A DNA stretch of 64,000 nucleotides from a virus. Lineage: Duplodnaviria; Caudoviricetes. The position numbers and the translations under genes were made by a program. Location: positions 50,119-114,118 of IMG/VR virus record IMGVR_UViG_2509276065_000002; one strand, 5' to 3'. The notes under the pieces were generated by a model that saw only the letters and a program-made list of their open reading frames with translations, had not been told where the DNA came from and did not search any database. Positions 8,839-18,700 of the stretch are shown here, piece by piece (within the stretch, counting starts at the first letter, position 1; each line of letters opens with the position of its first letter).

Positions 8839-9966
8839 TCAATACGAAATGACCCGCGCGTCGTACAGCTCGATCGTGCGGTTGTTGGTGCCCGCACTTT
8901 TGCGGATGGTAACGACGTAGCCTGTGGCCTGCGCCGCCCCCTTCGGGATGCGCGTGCCTCCGACAGAAGCGACTTGCACGCCGTTGACGAACAGCAGTCC
9001 CTGCGAGCCGTCGGCGTTCACCTCCACTTCCACCAACAGGTCGGTGCCGATGGCCACCGCCGTGGTGCTGGTGACCGTTTCGGTGACCCCGCCCGCGCTC
9101 GCCACGAGGCGCCAGTTGGCCGTGCCGTCGGCGGTGCTGTACTCGCCCCACAAGCCGTCGGTGACGCCGTCGGCGGTGTCCATCCACCCGAAGCGTGCAC
9201 GGAAAGTATCGGTGCCGTCCGAGGCCGTGGGGATGCGCGCCACCCAACCGACCCGCCGCCGGCGCGTGCCGAGGATGACGTTGGCGTGCGTGGACCCGCC
9301 AGGGCCCGCCGCGATGGAGCCGCGTCCGGTGGTGGTGGTGCCGGAATTGAGCACCACCCCGCCGTCGTAAGTGCCGTTGCGGGCGTCGATCGAGGCGACG
9401 CCCGCGCCCGTGGCGCCGTTGCTGCCGCCCTGGAAGATCGAACCGGACACAACGCTTGAGACGACCCCACCGCTGAAGTCGTAGTACTGGTACTTCGTGG
9501 GGTCGAAGGTGCTGCCACTTCCCACGACGTTCCCCGCCGCGTCCACCACCTGCCCGCTGCTGTTGAGACGCGCCAGGCCGCTGGTCGCACCGATCACGCT
9601 GTTGAGGGCGTTCACGTAACGGCCGACGTTGTCACTCGGGACAATCACGCGGTTCGTGAGGGCTCCTGTCGTATTCGCCGCGTCGTACCGGAAGAAGCCC
9701 ACATGCGGCACGAAGTACAGCTTCTTGTCCACCCGGTCGGCGCCGGTCAGGGCCTGCAAGGCCGCGATGGACGCCACTTCGCTGTACATGCCGCTGAGTT
9801 GCGTGGCGATCAGCGCGATGTCTCCGAAGAGGTCTTCGAAGAGCTTCTGAAATTTGACCGGCCAGGTATCGGCGGGTGTCGGGCCGTCCGCTTCGAGGGG
9901 CGTGAGGGGGAATTCGCCGCTGGTGACAAGTTGCGCCAGGGCGGTCGCGTTGATGATTTTTGTCAT
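8839..9966 (-). CDS. tail fibre / receptor-binding protein candidate
   Basis: Last gene of the tail module; G/S/T-rich; LARLNSSGQV fibre-like motif; beta-rich C-terminal domain. Confidence 0.55.
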   Translation of the reverse strand: MTKIINATALAQLVTSGEFPLTPLEADGPTPADTWPVKFQKLFEDLFGDIALIATQLSGMYSEVASIAALQALTGADRVDKKLYFVPHVGFFRYDAANTTGALTNRVIVPSDNVGRYVNALNSVIGATSGLARLNSSGQVVDAAGNVVGSGSTFDPTKYQYYDFSGGVVSSVVSGSIFQGGSNGATGAGVASIDARNGTYDGGVVLNSGTTTTGRGSIAAGPGGSTHANVILGTRRRRVGWVARIPTASDGTDTFRARFGWMDTADGVTDGLWGEYSTADGTANWRLVASAGGVTETVTSTTAVAIGTDLLVEVEVNADGSQGLLFVNGVQVASVGGTRIPKGAAQATGYVVTIRKSAGTNNRTIELYDARVISY

Positions 9967-9981
9967 GATCCTCCTGGGTGC

Positions 9982-10530
9982 TCAGGCACCGAAGTCACGC
10001 GTTCCGAAGTCGAAGGTGCCGAAATCACCCGTGCCCGTCTCCGGCGTCACGCTGCCGTCGGGTGGTGGGGTGTACACGAACGACCACTCCGCGCCGCGTG
10101 GCAGCAGCGTCAAGGTGACGTACCAGTAATTCGGGTTGTTGAAGGCTTTCGTGACCGGTGTTTTCGGGAAGGGTCGCGGGTGCACCAGGATGGACCGCCA
10201 GGTGCCTTCCCGGAGTCGCACGGTGGTCTTGAGGTGTGAAATCAACGTTCGTGCGGCGATGAGTGCCGCCTGTTTGCTTTCGGCGTACACCAACCCCCGC
10301 AGCACCAGTGGCCGCACGACGGGCGCTTCGTCGCTTTCCACGAACGTCACGTCGCTGTAAGGTGCTTGCTCCAGCTCGTCGTTGCTGTCGTAGCCGAGCT
10401 CGTCACCTTGCAGTTCGAAGGTGTCGTTCAGCGCGACGGTGGTGCCGTCCTGCTTGTCGAGATTCCACCCTTCCCCTGTCGCGGTGTCCGGAGCGTCGGG
10501 AGGGAACGGCGGGATGTTCAGCGCGTACAT
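9982..10530 (-). CDS. minor tail protein (Dit-like candidate)
   Basis: Position in the tail-tip module; size and beta-rich composition. Confidence 0.45.
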   Translation of the reverse strand: MYALNIPPFPPDAPDTATGEGWNLDKQDGTTVALNDTFELQGDELGYDSNDELEQAPYSDVTFVESDEAPVVRPLVLRGLVYAESKQAALIAARTLISHLKTTVRLREGTWRSILVHPRPFPKTPVTKAFNNPNYWYVTLTLLPRGAEWSFVYTPPPDGSVTPETGTGDFGTFDFGTRDFGA

Positions 10531-12156
10531 TCACCCTCCCACGCGCATGCTGTCGAGCAGCGTGCTGGTGTTGCGCTGCTCGATGAAGGTCTTGGTGGCG
10601 ATGTCCTTGGGGTCGTCACGCTGCCCGGTGCTGATGATCGTCGTGCGGCCCTTCTCGTCCAGCACGTACTCGACGCGCGCCGTCGGGTGTGTTTCGCGTA
10701 CGGCGCCTCTGGGGATCAGGTGGGTGATGCCACCAGGCTCCAGGAACGCCCCGCGCACCGTGGCTCGCGATGGGTCCTGTGCGGGATCCCGGAAGTACGC
10801 ACTCTGCGCGATCCGGAGGAGCTTCTCGCGGTTCACGAACAGCGGCCGGGCGGTGGCGACGTATCCCTGCACGTCCGTGTCGTCCGTCCTGAAGGAAAAA
10901 AGGATGTTGAGACGGTCGTACGGTGCGTTCTGACCGGGATGCTGGTGGGTGAACGCCTGAAACAAATCACCCATCACGAAATTGACGCCTTCGCGCAAGG
11001 GAAGGTCGATGGTAGTCTCGTAGACCACCCCGCTGGTCGGGGAGTTCTGGTAACCGTACTGCAGGCTGCAACTCAGCAGGCGCGCGCCTTCCACGCCGGA
11101 CACTTCGAGCGCCGCGAGATCGCGCACCAGCGCCGCGTCCTGCACGAGGTACGACACGTCGAAGGTCGTGGTCGTGAGCGTGGTGTTGCTGGCCCGCGAG
11201 GTACGATCGTCATCCGCGGCGTTGCCGGGCGCCGTGACGTTGTTCCCGCCCGGCACGATATTGGACGCGTACAGCAGGTCACGCGAGTTTTCCTCTTTAA
11301 TCGGCACCCACGCGGTCGCTTCACCGAGCGTGCTGTTCGACACCGCGCGGAAACCCACCATGGTCTTCGCCGGGGCGGTCACGCGTTTCGTGGCGATCAG
11401 GTCACCGCTGATCAGGTGGCGGCTGTAGTACGTCAAGTCCACTGCGCTGCTCATCTGCCCCAGCAAGAAACGCGCGGACGTCACCAGGTTGGCACTGCCG
11501 ACATCCTGCCGCTCGATGCTCGCGGTGGGTGATGCACCGTTCTCGTCGGCGGTCATGACGCCCACGTCCGTGCGTTTCAGGAACGCGCGCCGTTCGGCGT
11601 CCACGCCCCACGACCAGGGTTTCCCGAGGCGCTGCACGACTTCATCGAGCATCACCGCGACGCTCTGGAAGTTCCCGAACACCGCCCCGACGGTCACGCC
11701 GGTATTCACTGGAATGAGGCTGAGGTCGGGATTCAGGAACGGCACGCGACCCTGGTTGATGAGGTCCGTCAGGATCGCGCGCACCGTCACGCCCGCGTCC
11801 GCTTGCGGGTAGGACAGCACCCAGCAGTCGAGTTTCTTGAAGCGCTCCTTGTAGCCGACGAGGGTGAAGCCGCTCGAACGCGTCTTTCTGGGAGCGCCGC
11901 TGATTTCGGCGTACCCGCTGAAGAGCGAACGGGGCGGCGTCGTGAAGTCATCTAGGGATTCCTGGATGGTCACGCCGTCGTGCGGTTCGATGCCGAGTTT
12001 CGCCCAGATGCCGCTGAAGGTGGCTTCCAGGCAATTCGCGTTGCCTTCCAGAGCCATCCGCAGTCCACTGCGCGGAATGGGTACTTCACGCATGGTGCGG
12101 GTGGCTTTGGGTTGACCATTCGGACTGAACACCTGTAAACGCCAGGAAAAAGTCAT
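10531..12156 (-). CDS. tail tip / baseplate hub protein
   Basis: GGAGG RBS before MTFSWRLQ; first co-oriented gene after the tape measure; WSWGVDAERRAFL hub-like segment. Confidence 0.55.
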   Translation of the reverse strand: MTFSWRLQVFSPNGQPKATRTMREVPIPRSGLRMALEGNANCLEATFSGIWAKLGIEPHDGVTIQESLDDFTTPPRSLFSGYAEISGAPRKTRSSGFTLVGYKERFKKLDCWVLSYPQADAGVTVRAILTDLINQGRVPFLNPDLSLIPVNTGVTVGAVFGNFQSVAVMLDEVVQRLGKPWSWGVDAERRAFLKRTDVGVMTADENGASPTASIERQDVGSANLVTSARFLLGQMSSAVDLTYYSRHLISGDLIATKRVTAPAKTMVGFRAVSNSTLGEATAWVPIKEENSRDLLYASNIVPGGNNVTAPGNAADDDRTSRASNTTLTTTTFDVSYLVQDAALVRDLAALEVSGVEGARLLSCSLQYGYQNSPTSGVVYETTIDLPLREGVNFVMGDLFQAFTHQHPGQNAPYDRLNILFSFRTDDTDVQGYVATARPLFVNREKLLRIAQSAYFRDPAQDPSRATVRGAFLEPGGITHLIPRGAVRETHPTARVEYVLDEKGRTTIISTGQRDDPKDIATKTFIEQRNTSTLLDSMRVGG

Positions 12157-12224
12157 AAACCTCCACTGGAACAGCAAGGCACGTCAAGGCCGCCCGCCGG
12201 TCACCCGAGGGTGAAGCTGAGGCC

Positions 12225-12719
12225 ATGCGCCAGATCCTGCTGCTCGCCTTCACGATGTGCGTCAGTCAAGCAGGAGCGGCCACGTATGCCGACGCTCCGT
12301 TCCTCGGTTCCACGTTGAACCTGCCGAGAATCAGCTTCTGCAAGGTGAACAAGTGCGTGCTGCTCTCCACCACCCCACTGCCCGGGCACGTCGAGGAGAT
12401 GTACCGCGTCAACGTGCCCGGTGATTCCGGGACGTATTACCTCAACGTGCTCCGGCGAGGCGGGAAAGCCATCCGGGTGGGGGACCGGGCGTTCGGTCAG
12501 GATTACTTCGCCAGCAAAGCGCACGTGGAGTTGCTGTTGTTCGCCACCGGAACGCAGCAGAAGCTGAACGCCGATGGTGTACAGACGATGCTCGACTCCA
12601 ACACACTGACGGTCCTGCGGGGGTACGCGGGACGCAAGTACTGGGTGCAGCTCGCCAACTGGCCGGGGTTTGGGCTGTCGGACATCCTGTTCGCCATCAC
12701 CGAAGAACTGCAGTACTGA
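12225..12719 (+). CDS. exported moron protein (164 aa)
   Basis: Signal peptide MRQILLLAFTMCVSQAGA; host-like codon usage; opposite strand within the tail operon. Confidence 0.7.
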   Translation: MRQILLLAFTMCVSQAGAATYADAPFLGSTLNLPRISFCKVNKCVLLSTTPLPGHVEEMYRVNVPGDSGTYYLNVLRRGGKAIRVGDRAFGQDYFASKAHVELLLFATGTQQKLNADGVQTMLDSNTLTVLRGYAGRKYWVQLANWPGFGLSDILFAITEELQY

Positions 12720-12753
12720 ACGGTCGATGTCCCCCGGCTGTTCATCTTGGGCG

Positions 12754-15700
12754 TCACCCACGGTAGACATCCGACAGCGCCGGACGGGCGTCGTAACGCC
12801 GTTCGCCTTCACCGTCGGACAGGATGACATGCAACCCACCTCGCAAGCTGTCCGCGAGGTACCGCGCAGCCTGCTCGATGAGTTCGGAGCCGCGTTCGAA
12901 ACGCATCCCGCTCGCGTCGATGCTGGTCATCATCGACACCCCCCGACCGGGAGCGTCCGGAACGGCCACGCGGATTCCTCCGCTGAGGTACTCCGCGGCG
13001 CGTTCCATCAGTTCCGCGCTGCGGATGACTTTCGGAACGTACTCGGAGCCGAAGGCATCGAAGCCTCGCAGCAGTGAAGAGTCGATGGCGGAAATGCCGA
13101 GGTCCGGCATGGCCCCGAACAGGTCGGTGGGTGTGGGGCTGTCACGCTCCTCCCCTTCCAGGCGTTTGATGCGGTCCTGCGCGTCCTGCAGGTCACGCCG
13201 GGCCCGGTCACGCTCCGCGTCCGAGGTGGCTTTCTCGAACCGACCTTGCGCCTGGCTGGCCTGTTCACGCCAGTAGGCGATGCTGTCCGCGCCTGCCGTT
13301 TCCTGTTTCTCGCTGCCGTACCCGGGCAGGCCGCTCAGCAGGCCCCCACCGAGGTTCAGCACCCGCTTGCCTTCACTGCGAATGGCGTCCACCCAGGCGT
13401 CCAGGTTGGTTTGTTCCTGCGCGTCGATCAAGCCGTCGCGCATGGCGTACGCGTAATTCTGCGCGTACCCGTCCATCAGTTCCTGAATCTGACTTTGCGC
13501 CAAGAGCGCCTGAATGGCCATCTTCGCCAGGAAGGAGTTGAGGGTCTTCTCGAACGCCACACCCACCTCGCTGAAGTCCGCTTTGAAGAACCCGTCGACG
13601 AGGGCGGACTCGAGTGAATTCTTGATGCTGCCGCTCAGGTCATTGAAGATCTCCCCTGCTTTCGTCTGCCAGGTGCGTTTGGCACCTTCGAGTTGCCCGA
13701 CCGCGAGGCGGGCGTCCTTCAGCGCTTGCTCACCGAGGTCCTGGAAGTGGTCCCCCCAGCCTTCCATCTGGCGTTGCTCGGCTTCGTCGAGCACACCGTC
13801 ACGCATCGCGCTGGCGTACCAGTGTTTGAAGTCCTCCAGGCGCGCGGCGAGTTTGCTTTGCGCGACGACGGTTTCGGTGATGACCTTGGCGACCAAGGTG
13901 TTGATGGATTTCTTGAAGGTGTCCGTCGCAGCGGACCAGTCTCCCGTCTCGAAGGCGTTGGTGATGCTGCTTTGCAGCGCTCCGCTGACTTCGCCTTGCA
14001 CGTCGTACAGTTGCTGCTGGACTTCTGATCCGAAGCCGTCCAGCTCGCTCAGCACCTCCTTGGAAGCGTCACTGATGACACGACCCTGCGACTTGAAGTA
14101 GCGACCCCATGCTTTGACGTTGGCACGCTCCGAAGCGTCCAGCACACCGTCCTGCATGGCGTGAGCAAGCCATTCGCTGAAGCGTTTCATCTCAGCGGCC
14201 AGCTTCGATTGGGTAATCATCGTCTGGATCAGCAATTTGGCAATGAAGGTATTGATGGACTTGTCAAACGCCGCTTCGGCCTTGGAGAAGTCTCCCGTCA
14301 GAAAGCCGTCCATCAAAGCACTGTCGAGGGTATTGCTGATGGTCGTGCCCAAGTTGGCGAAAATCTCGGCGGCTTTGATCTGCAGTTTGGCCGCCTCTTC
14401 GCTGAGCACCTGGGGTGCTCCACCGAACGCCTGCCAGCCGAGACGCTGCCAGAACCCGGCGTTGGCAAGGGTATCGCGTTTCGCGGCTTCGGCCTCCAAG
14501 GCTTTCTTGAAGGGATTCTCGAATGCCCCGCCGGACAGACCAGCGGCTGACCGCTGGTCACTGGCGATGGACCGCATGCGCTCCTGGTACTCACGCAACC
14601 CGGGGTTGAGCGAGTCGGTGATGAAATCCCCAAGTTGTTCGACGGCATTCAGGGTGCTGGTGATGCCGCCGACGATGTCACCGGACGCGAAGGACTTGAA
14701 GGCGTCGAAGCTGCTGCTGGCCGCTCCGGCCAGTTTGGACAGGGAACCGCCGGTGATTTTGTCGAGGACGTTCGCGACGGCCGTGAAGCCCTGGATGATC
14801 CTGTCGAATTCATTGAGGTACAGCGCCTGCCGGGCTTCGATGCCTTCCTGGGTGATCCGCAGGCGTTCATTCTCGAATTTCTCGCGCGCTTCGAGTTCAT
14901 CGGTGCCTCCTTGCACCGCGGCTTCGTATTCCGCCCTCGCGCTCTCCAGGGCGAGGGCTTCGCGTTGCGCCTGGTAGTCACGCTCGGAGATCAGGTGCTG
15001 ACGAAAGCGGGCTTCGAGGGCGTCACTGCGCCGCTCACGGTTGAGTGACGCCAGGGTCTGCTGGTGCTTGCGTTCCAGTTCCGTCCGGGCCGTGAGGCCT
15101 TGCGAGGTGATGCGTTTCACTTCGTTCTGGTAGCGCTGCTCGGCTTCGACGCGCAGTTGCGTGTTGCTCTGGGCGGCTTGCAACTCCCGGTCCCGGGTGG
15201 CCGCGGCGGCCTGCAGTTGCAGGCGTTCACGTTCGACGAGGTACTGACGTTCGGAGAGCTGACCGGCACTGCGGCGGCTTTCCAGGTCTTGCTCTTCGGC
15301 AGCGCGCAGCAGGTCCTGCATGGTCGCCGCGTGCTGCTGGGCGAGGCGTTCGCGGTCGGTGTTGCCGCTGCGGGTGATGCCGCTCAGGTTCGCTTGATGC
15401 TGACTGAGGGCGAGCTCCCGGCGAGCCTGGGAGGCATGGTCCCGCTCGAGTTGCTGCTCTTCTCCCTGGAAGCGCAGGCGTTCCGCTTCCAGCGCGAGGG
15501 TTTCCCGTTGATCGAGGTACGCGCGTTCACTCAGCAGACCCGCCGAGTGCTGTTGTTCGAGGGTCTGCTGTTGCAGGTTCACCAGACCCAAACGAACGGC
15601 GAGGCGCTCGTCGAGTTGACGTTGCGCTTCTGCCAGCCGCTCGGTGGCCTTCTGGGCGATCTGCTCGGCACCGGCGAGGTTGCGGGTGCGGTCAGCGAGG

Positions 15701-18700
15701 TCCTGCATGCGTTCGGAGTAGGCGCGCAGTTCCTCTTCGGTCATGCCACCGAGGTCGACCCGCAGGCCCGCCTCGAAAGCGCCAGCGATTCCCGCTCCAG
15801 GTTCAGGTTTGCGCTGAGAGTCCTGACCGGGGACGAACCCGGCCGCGCGGGCATCCAGGGAGGTGTTCTTGAGTCGCTCCGCGAACTGCCCGTAACGCTC
15901 CTCAGCGTCCGCGAGGCCGTCCGTGAGGGCTTTCTTCAGCCGGTCACTCAGGCCAGCCCAGGTGTTCTCGTCCGCCATCAGATTCGTGACGGTGGCGATG
16001 ATGCCACCAATCTCGTCTTCAGAGGCGGTGCCGAGCCGAGCGAGGGCTTCTTGTGCGGCCTGCACTTTTACGAGCGCGTCGACGCTCGCTCGACCCGCGT
16101 CGCGCTCACCCGGGCGGGTGATGGCGAGCGGACCGCCATCCGCGTAGGGGTTGGGGAGGTTCGCGTACGCCTGCTGCAGTTGCGTGCGCAGGTCATCCAG
16201 GTACGCGCGGAGTTTCGAGCGGCTCTGCACGCTGAGTTGCTGGAACGCCCCTGATTCGGTCAGGTCGGCCAGCTGCGCGACCTGATCGGTCAGGGTGCCT
16301 GCCAGACCACGAATGACGCTGTTCGCGCCCTCTTCGGCCATTCCGAGCGCTTCGGTTTTGAGGCGCGCGAGCTCATCGGCGGCGAGGCCACTTTTGCTGC
16401 CCAGCTCGTCGATGACGGCGCTGACCGCGTCGAAGTTCATCGCGGCGTCCGGCAGGAGGCGGTTGAGGTCGTCGAGGGTCACCTTGACGCTGTCCATGAT
16501 GGGTCGGCGGTTGAGGTGGTCGTCGGCTGCCCCGACGTTCTTGGCGAGGTACTCGAAGGCGTCCGCGACGCCTTTTTCCTGCGCGGCGAGTTCTGACGCG
16601 CGCTCCCCGTGATGAAAGAACGCCCCGGTGAGTTTGTCCACCGCTGCCACGGCAGGTGCGGTGTCCAGGCCCTTCCCGGACAATTCACGCCGCAGTGACT
16701 GCAGCTGTTCGAGCAGCGCGGCTTTCTTGTCACCGCTGAACTCACCGGCCTGCGCGAGTTCGTCTATCGCGCGGCGTAACCTGGCGTATTTCTGAATGGC
16801 CTCCTCGATGCCGCGAGAGCGTTGGTCTGTCTCTTCCCGCGCGGCTTCTTTCGCGATGATGACGCGTTTGGTGGCTTCATCACGTGCAATGCGGGTTTCG
16901 GTCGTGTACGTGGTCCGGGCGGTGGCCACGGCGGCATCCTCGACCTGCTGAATGCCTTTCAGGATGCTTTGAGGGGTTTTGCCGTCGTACAGCTTGTTTT
17001 GCTCGGTCCGTCGGGCGTTCGCTTCATCCCGTGCCGCTTTGATGGCCGCGTCGCGGGTGCGTGCGGCGATGCTCAGCCGGGCGTTCAGGATCGCCTGACT
17101 GCTTTCACGTTCGATGATCAGACGCTGAGCCGCGTTTTTCTTCTCCCCCGCCAGGCTCGCTTCCCGGGCGGCTTCCAGTTGCCGCAGGGTCGCTTGTGCG
17201 TCACTGAGCCGTCCCTGCGCCAGCTCACGGTTGAGTTGCTTTTGCAGGTTCGCGCGGTTCACGTCGCGCTGATCGGCTTGATCCTGCAACTGCTCGGTTT
17301 TGCGGGCGAGGTCACGCGCGAAGTCGAACGCTGCCCGCTGCGCGTCATTCGTTTTGACGTACCGTTCGATCTCACCGCGCAAGGTGAGCTTCTGCGCTTC
17401 GGTACCTCGCTCTTCGATCTTGAGCGAGCGTTGCGCGAGGTCGGTGGCGCGCGCGCGTTGTTTGTTCCAGTCGGCGGTGGTGAGGACGTACTCCTTGTTT
17501 TCCTTGTTCAGGCTTTTCTGCGCGCCTTGCAGGTTGATGATGACGTCCAGCAGGTCTTTGGCGCTCTGGCTGCCCTTGTTGCCAGTCGCAGCGTACGCCG
17601 CTTGGGCTTCGGTGAGCAGTTTCGAGAGTCCTCCGGCGTACGCCTGCCGGCCTTGGCCGTCCACGTCACCGAGCCGTCCGGCGTTGAAGTTGCGCTGCAA
17701 ATCCTTCAGGCGGTTCGATAACCCGTCCGCACCCGTGGGCAGCAGGCCTTGCTGCGCGTCTTTCACCTGGGTGTACACCCGGGTCAGGTCACGGGTGGCG
17801 TCGGCACTCAAAGCGGTTTTCTTGCGCGCGGCGTCCAACTCACGCTGGAGTTTCTGCAGACCGGTCAGGTACTGCCCTTGCGTGATGTCACCTGCCTTGG
17901 CGCTGAGGCTGAGATCCTCGAAGCGCGAGCGGAACACCTCCGCGGCCGTTCCCGCACTTTTCAGGCCTTTCTCGTAATCGCTGAGGTTCTCCCGGAGTCG
18001 TTTGACGTCCCCGCCTTGCTTCTCGAACTGGGTGATCAACGCGCGTTGCTGCCCGAGGTTTTTGGTGAGCGCCGCGCCGCTGAGGGTCTGCTCTGCTTTG
18101 ATCAGGGCGCGCAGTTGCTGCTCCAGCTTGGCGAGCGCGGTTGTTCTGGCGTTCGCGTCGGCCGCGCTGGGCGCCCCCGTTTTGTCCGGAGTGTATTTCG
18201 AGGTGGGGGTGGCGGAGGGGAACTTGAGGTTCAGGTGCGCGGCGTAATCGCCCTGACGGACGTAAGAGGTGGGGTTGCCCAGCGCACCGATGGCGACATC
18301 ACCACGCGCGTCTCGCCCTCCGGTTTTCGCGTTCGTGACCCGGTTGTTTCCGCGTACGTACCCGTTCCCGACGTAAATCCCGACGTGGTTCTGCCCGTTC
18401 GAGGTGTAAAAGACCAGGTCGCCTTCTTTCAGTTCCTCCTTGCCTCGGTAGGGTTTCAGCAGTCCCGCTTCCTTGAAGTTGTCCGCGGCGCTCCGCGCGG
18501 TCGGCATGAGTTTGCCGTTCACCATGTCTGGCTTCTTGCGGAACATCTCGTCGATGGCTTTCTCGGAGCCTTTGTAGGCCAGCCCGAGGGTCTGACGGAC
18601 CCACTTGGCGCATTCATCCACGATGGCCGTGGTGGCCTTGCTGGTGAGGGCTTTGAAGCTGGTGTCGAGCACCAGCTTCGACGCGCCTTCCTGAGCCGCT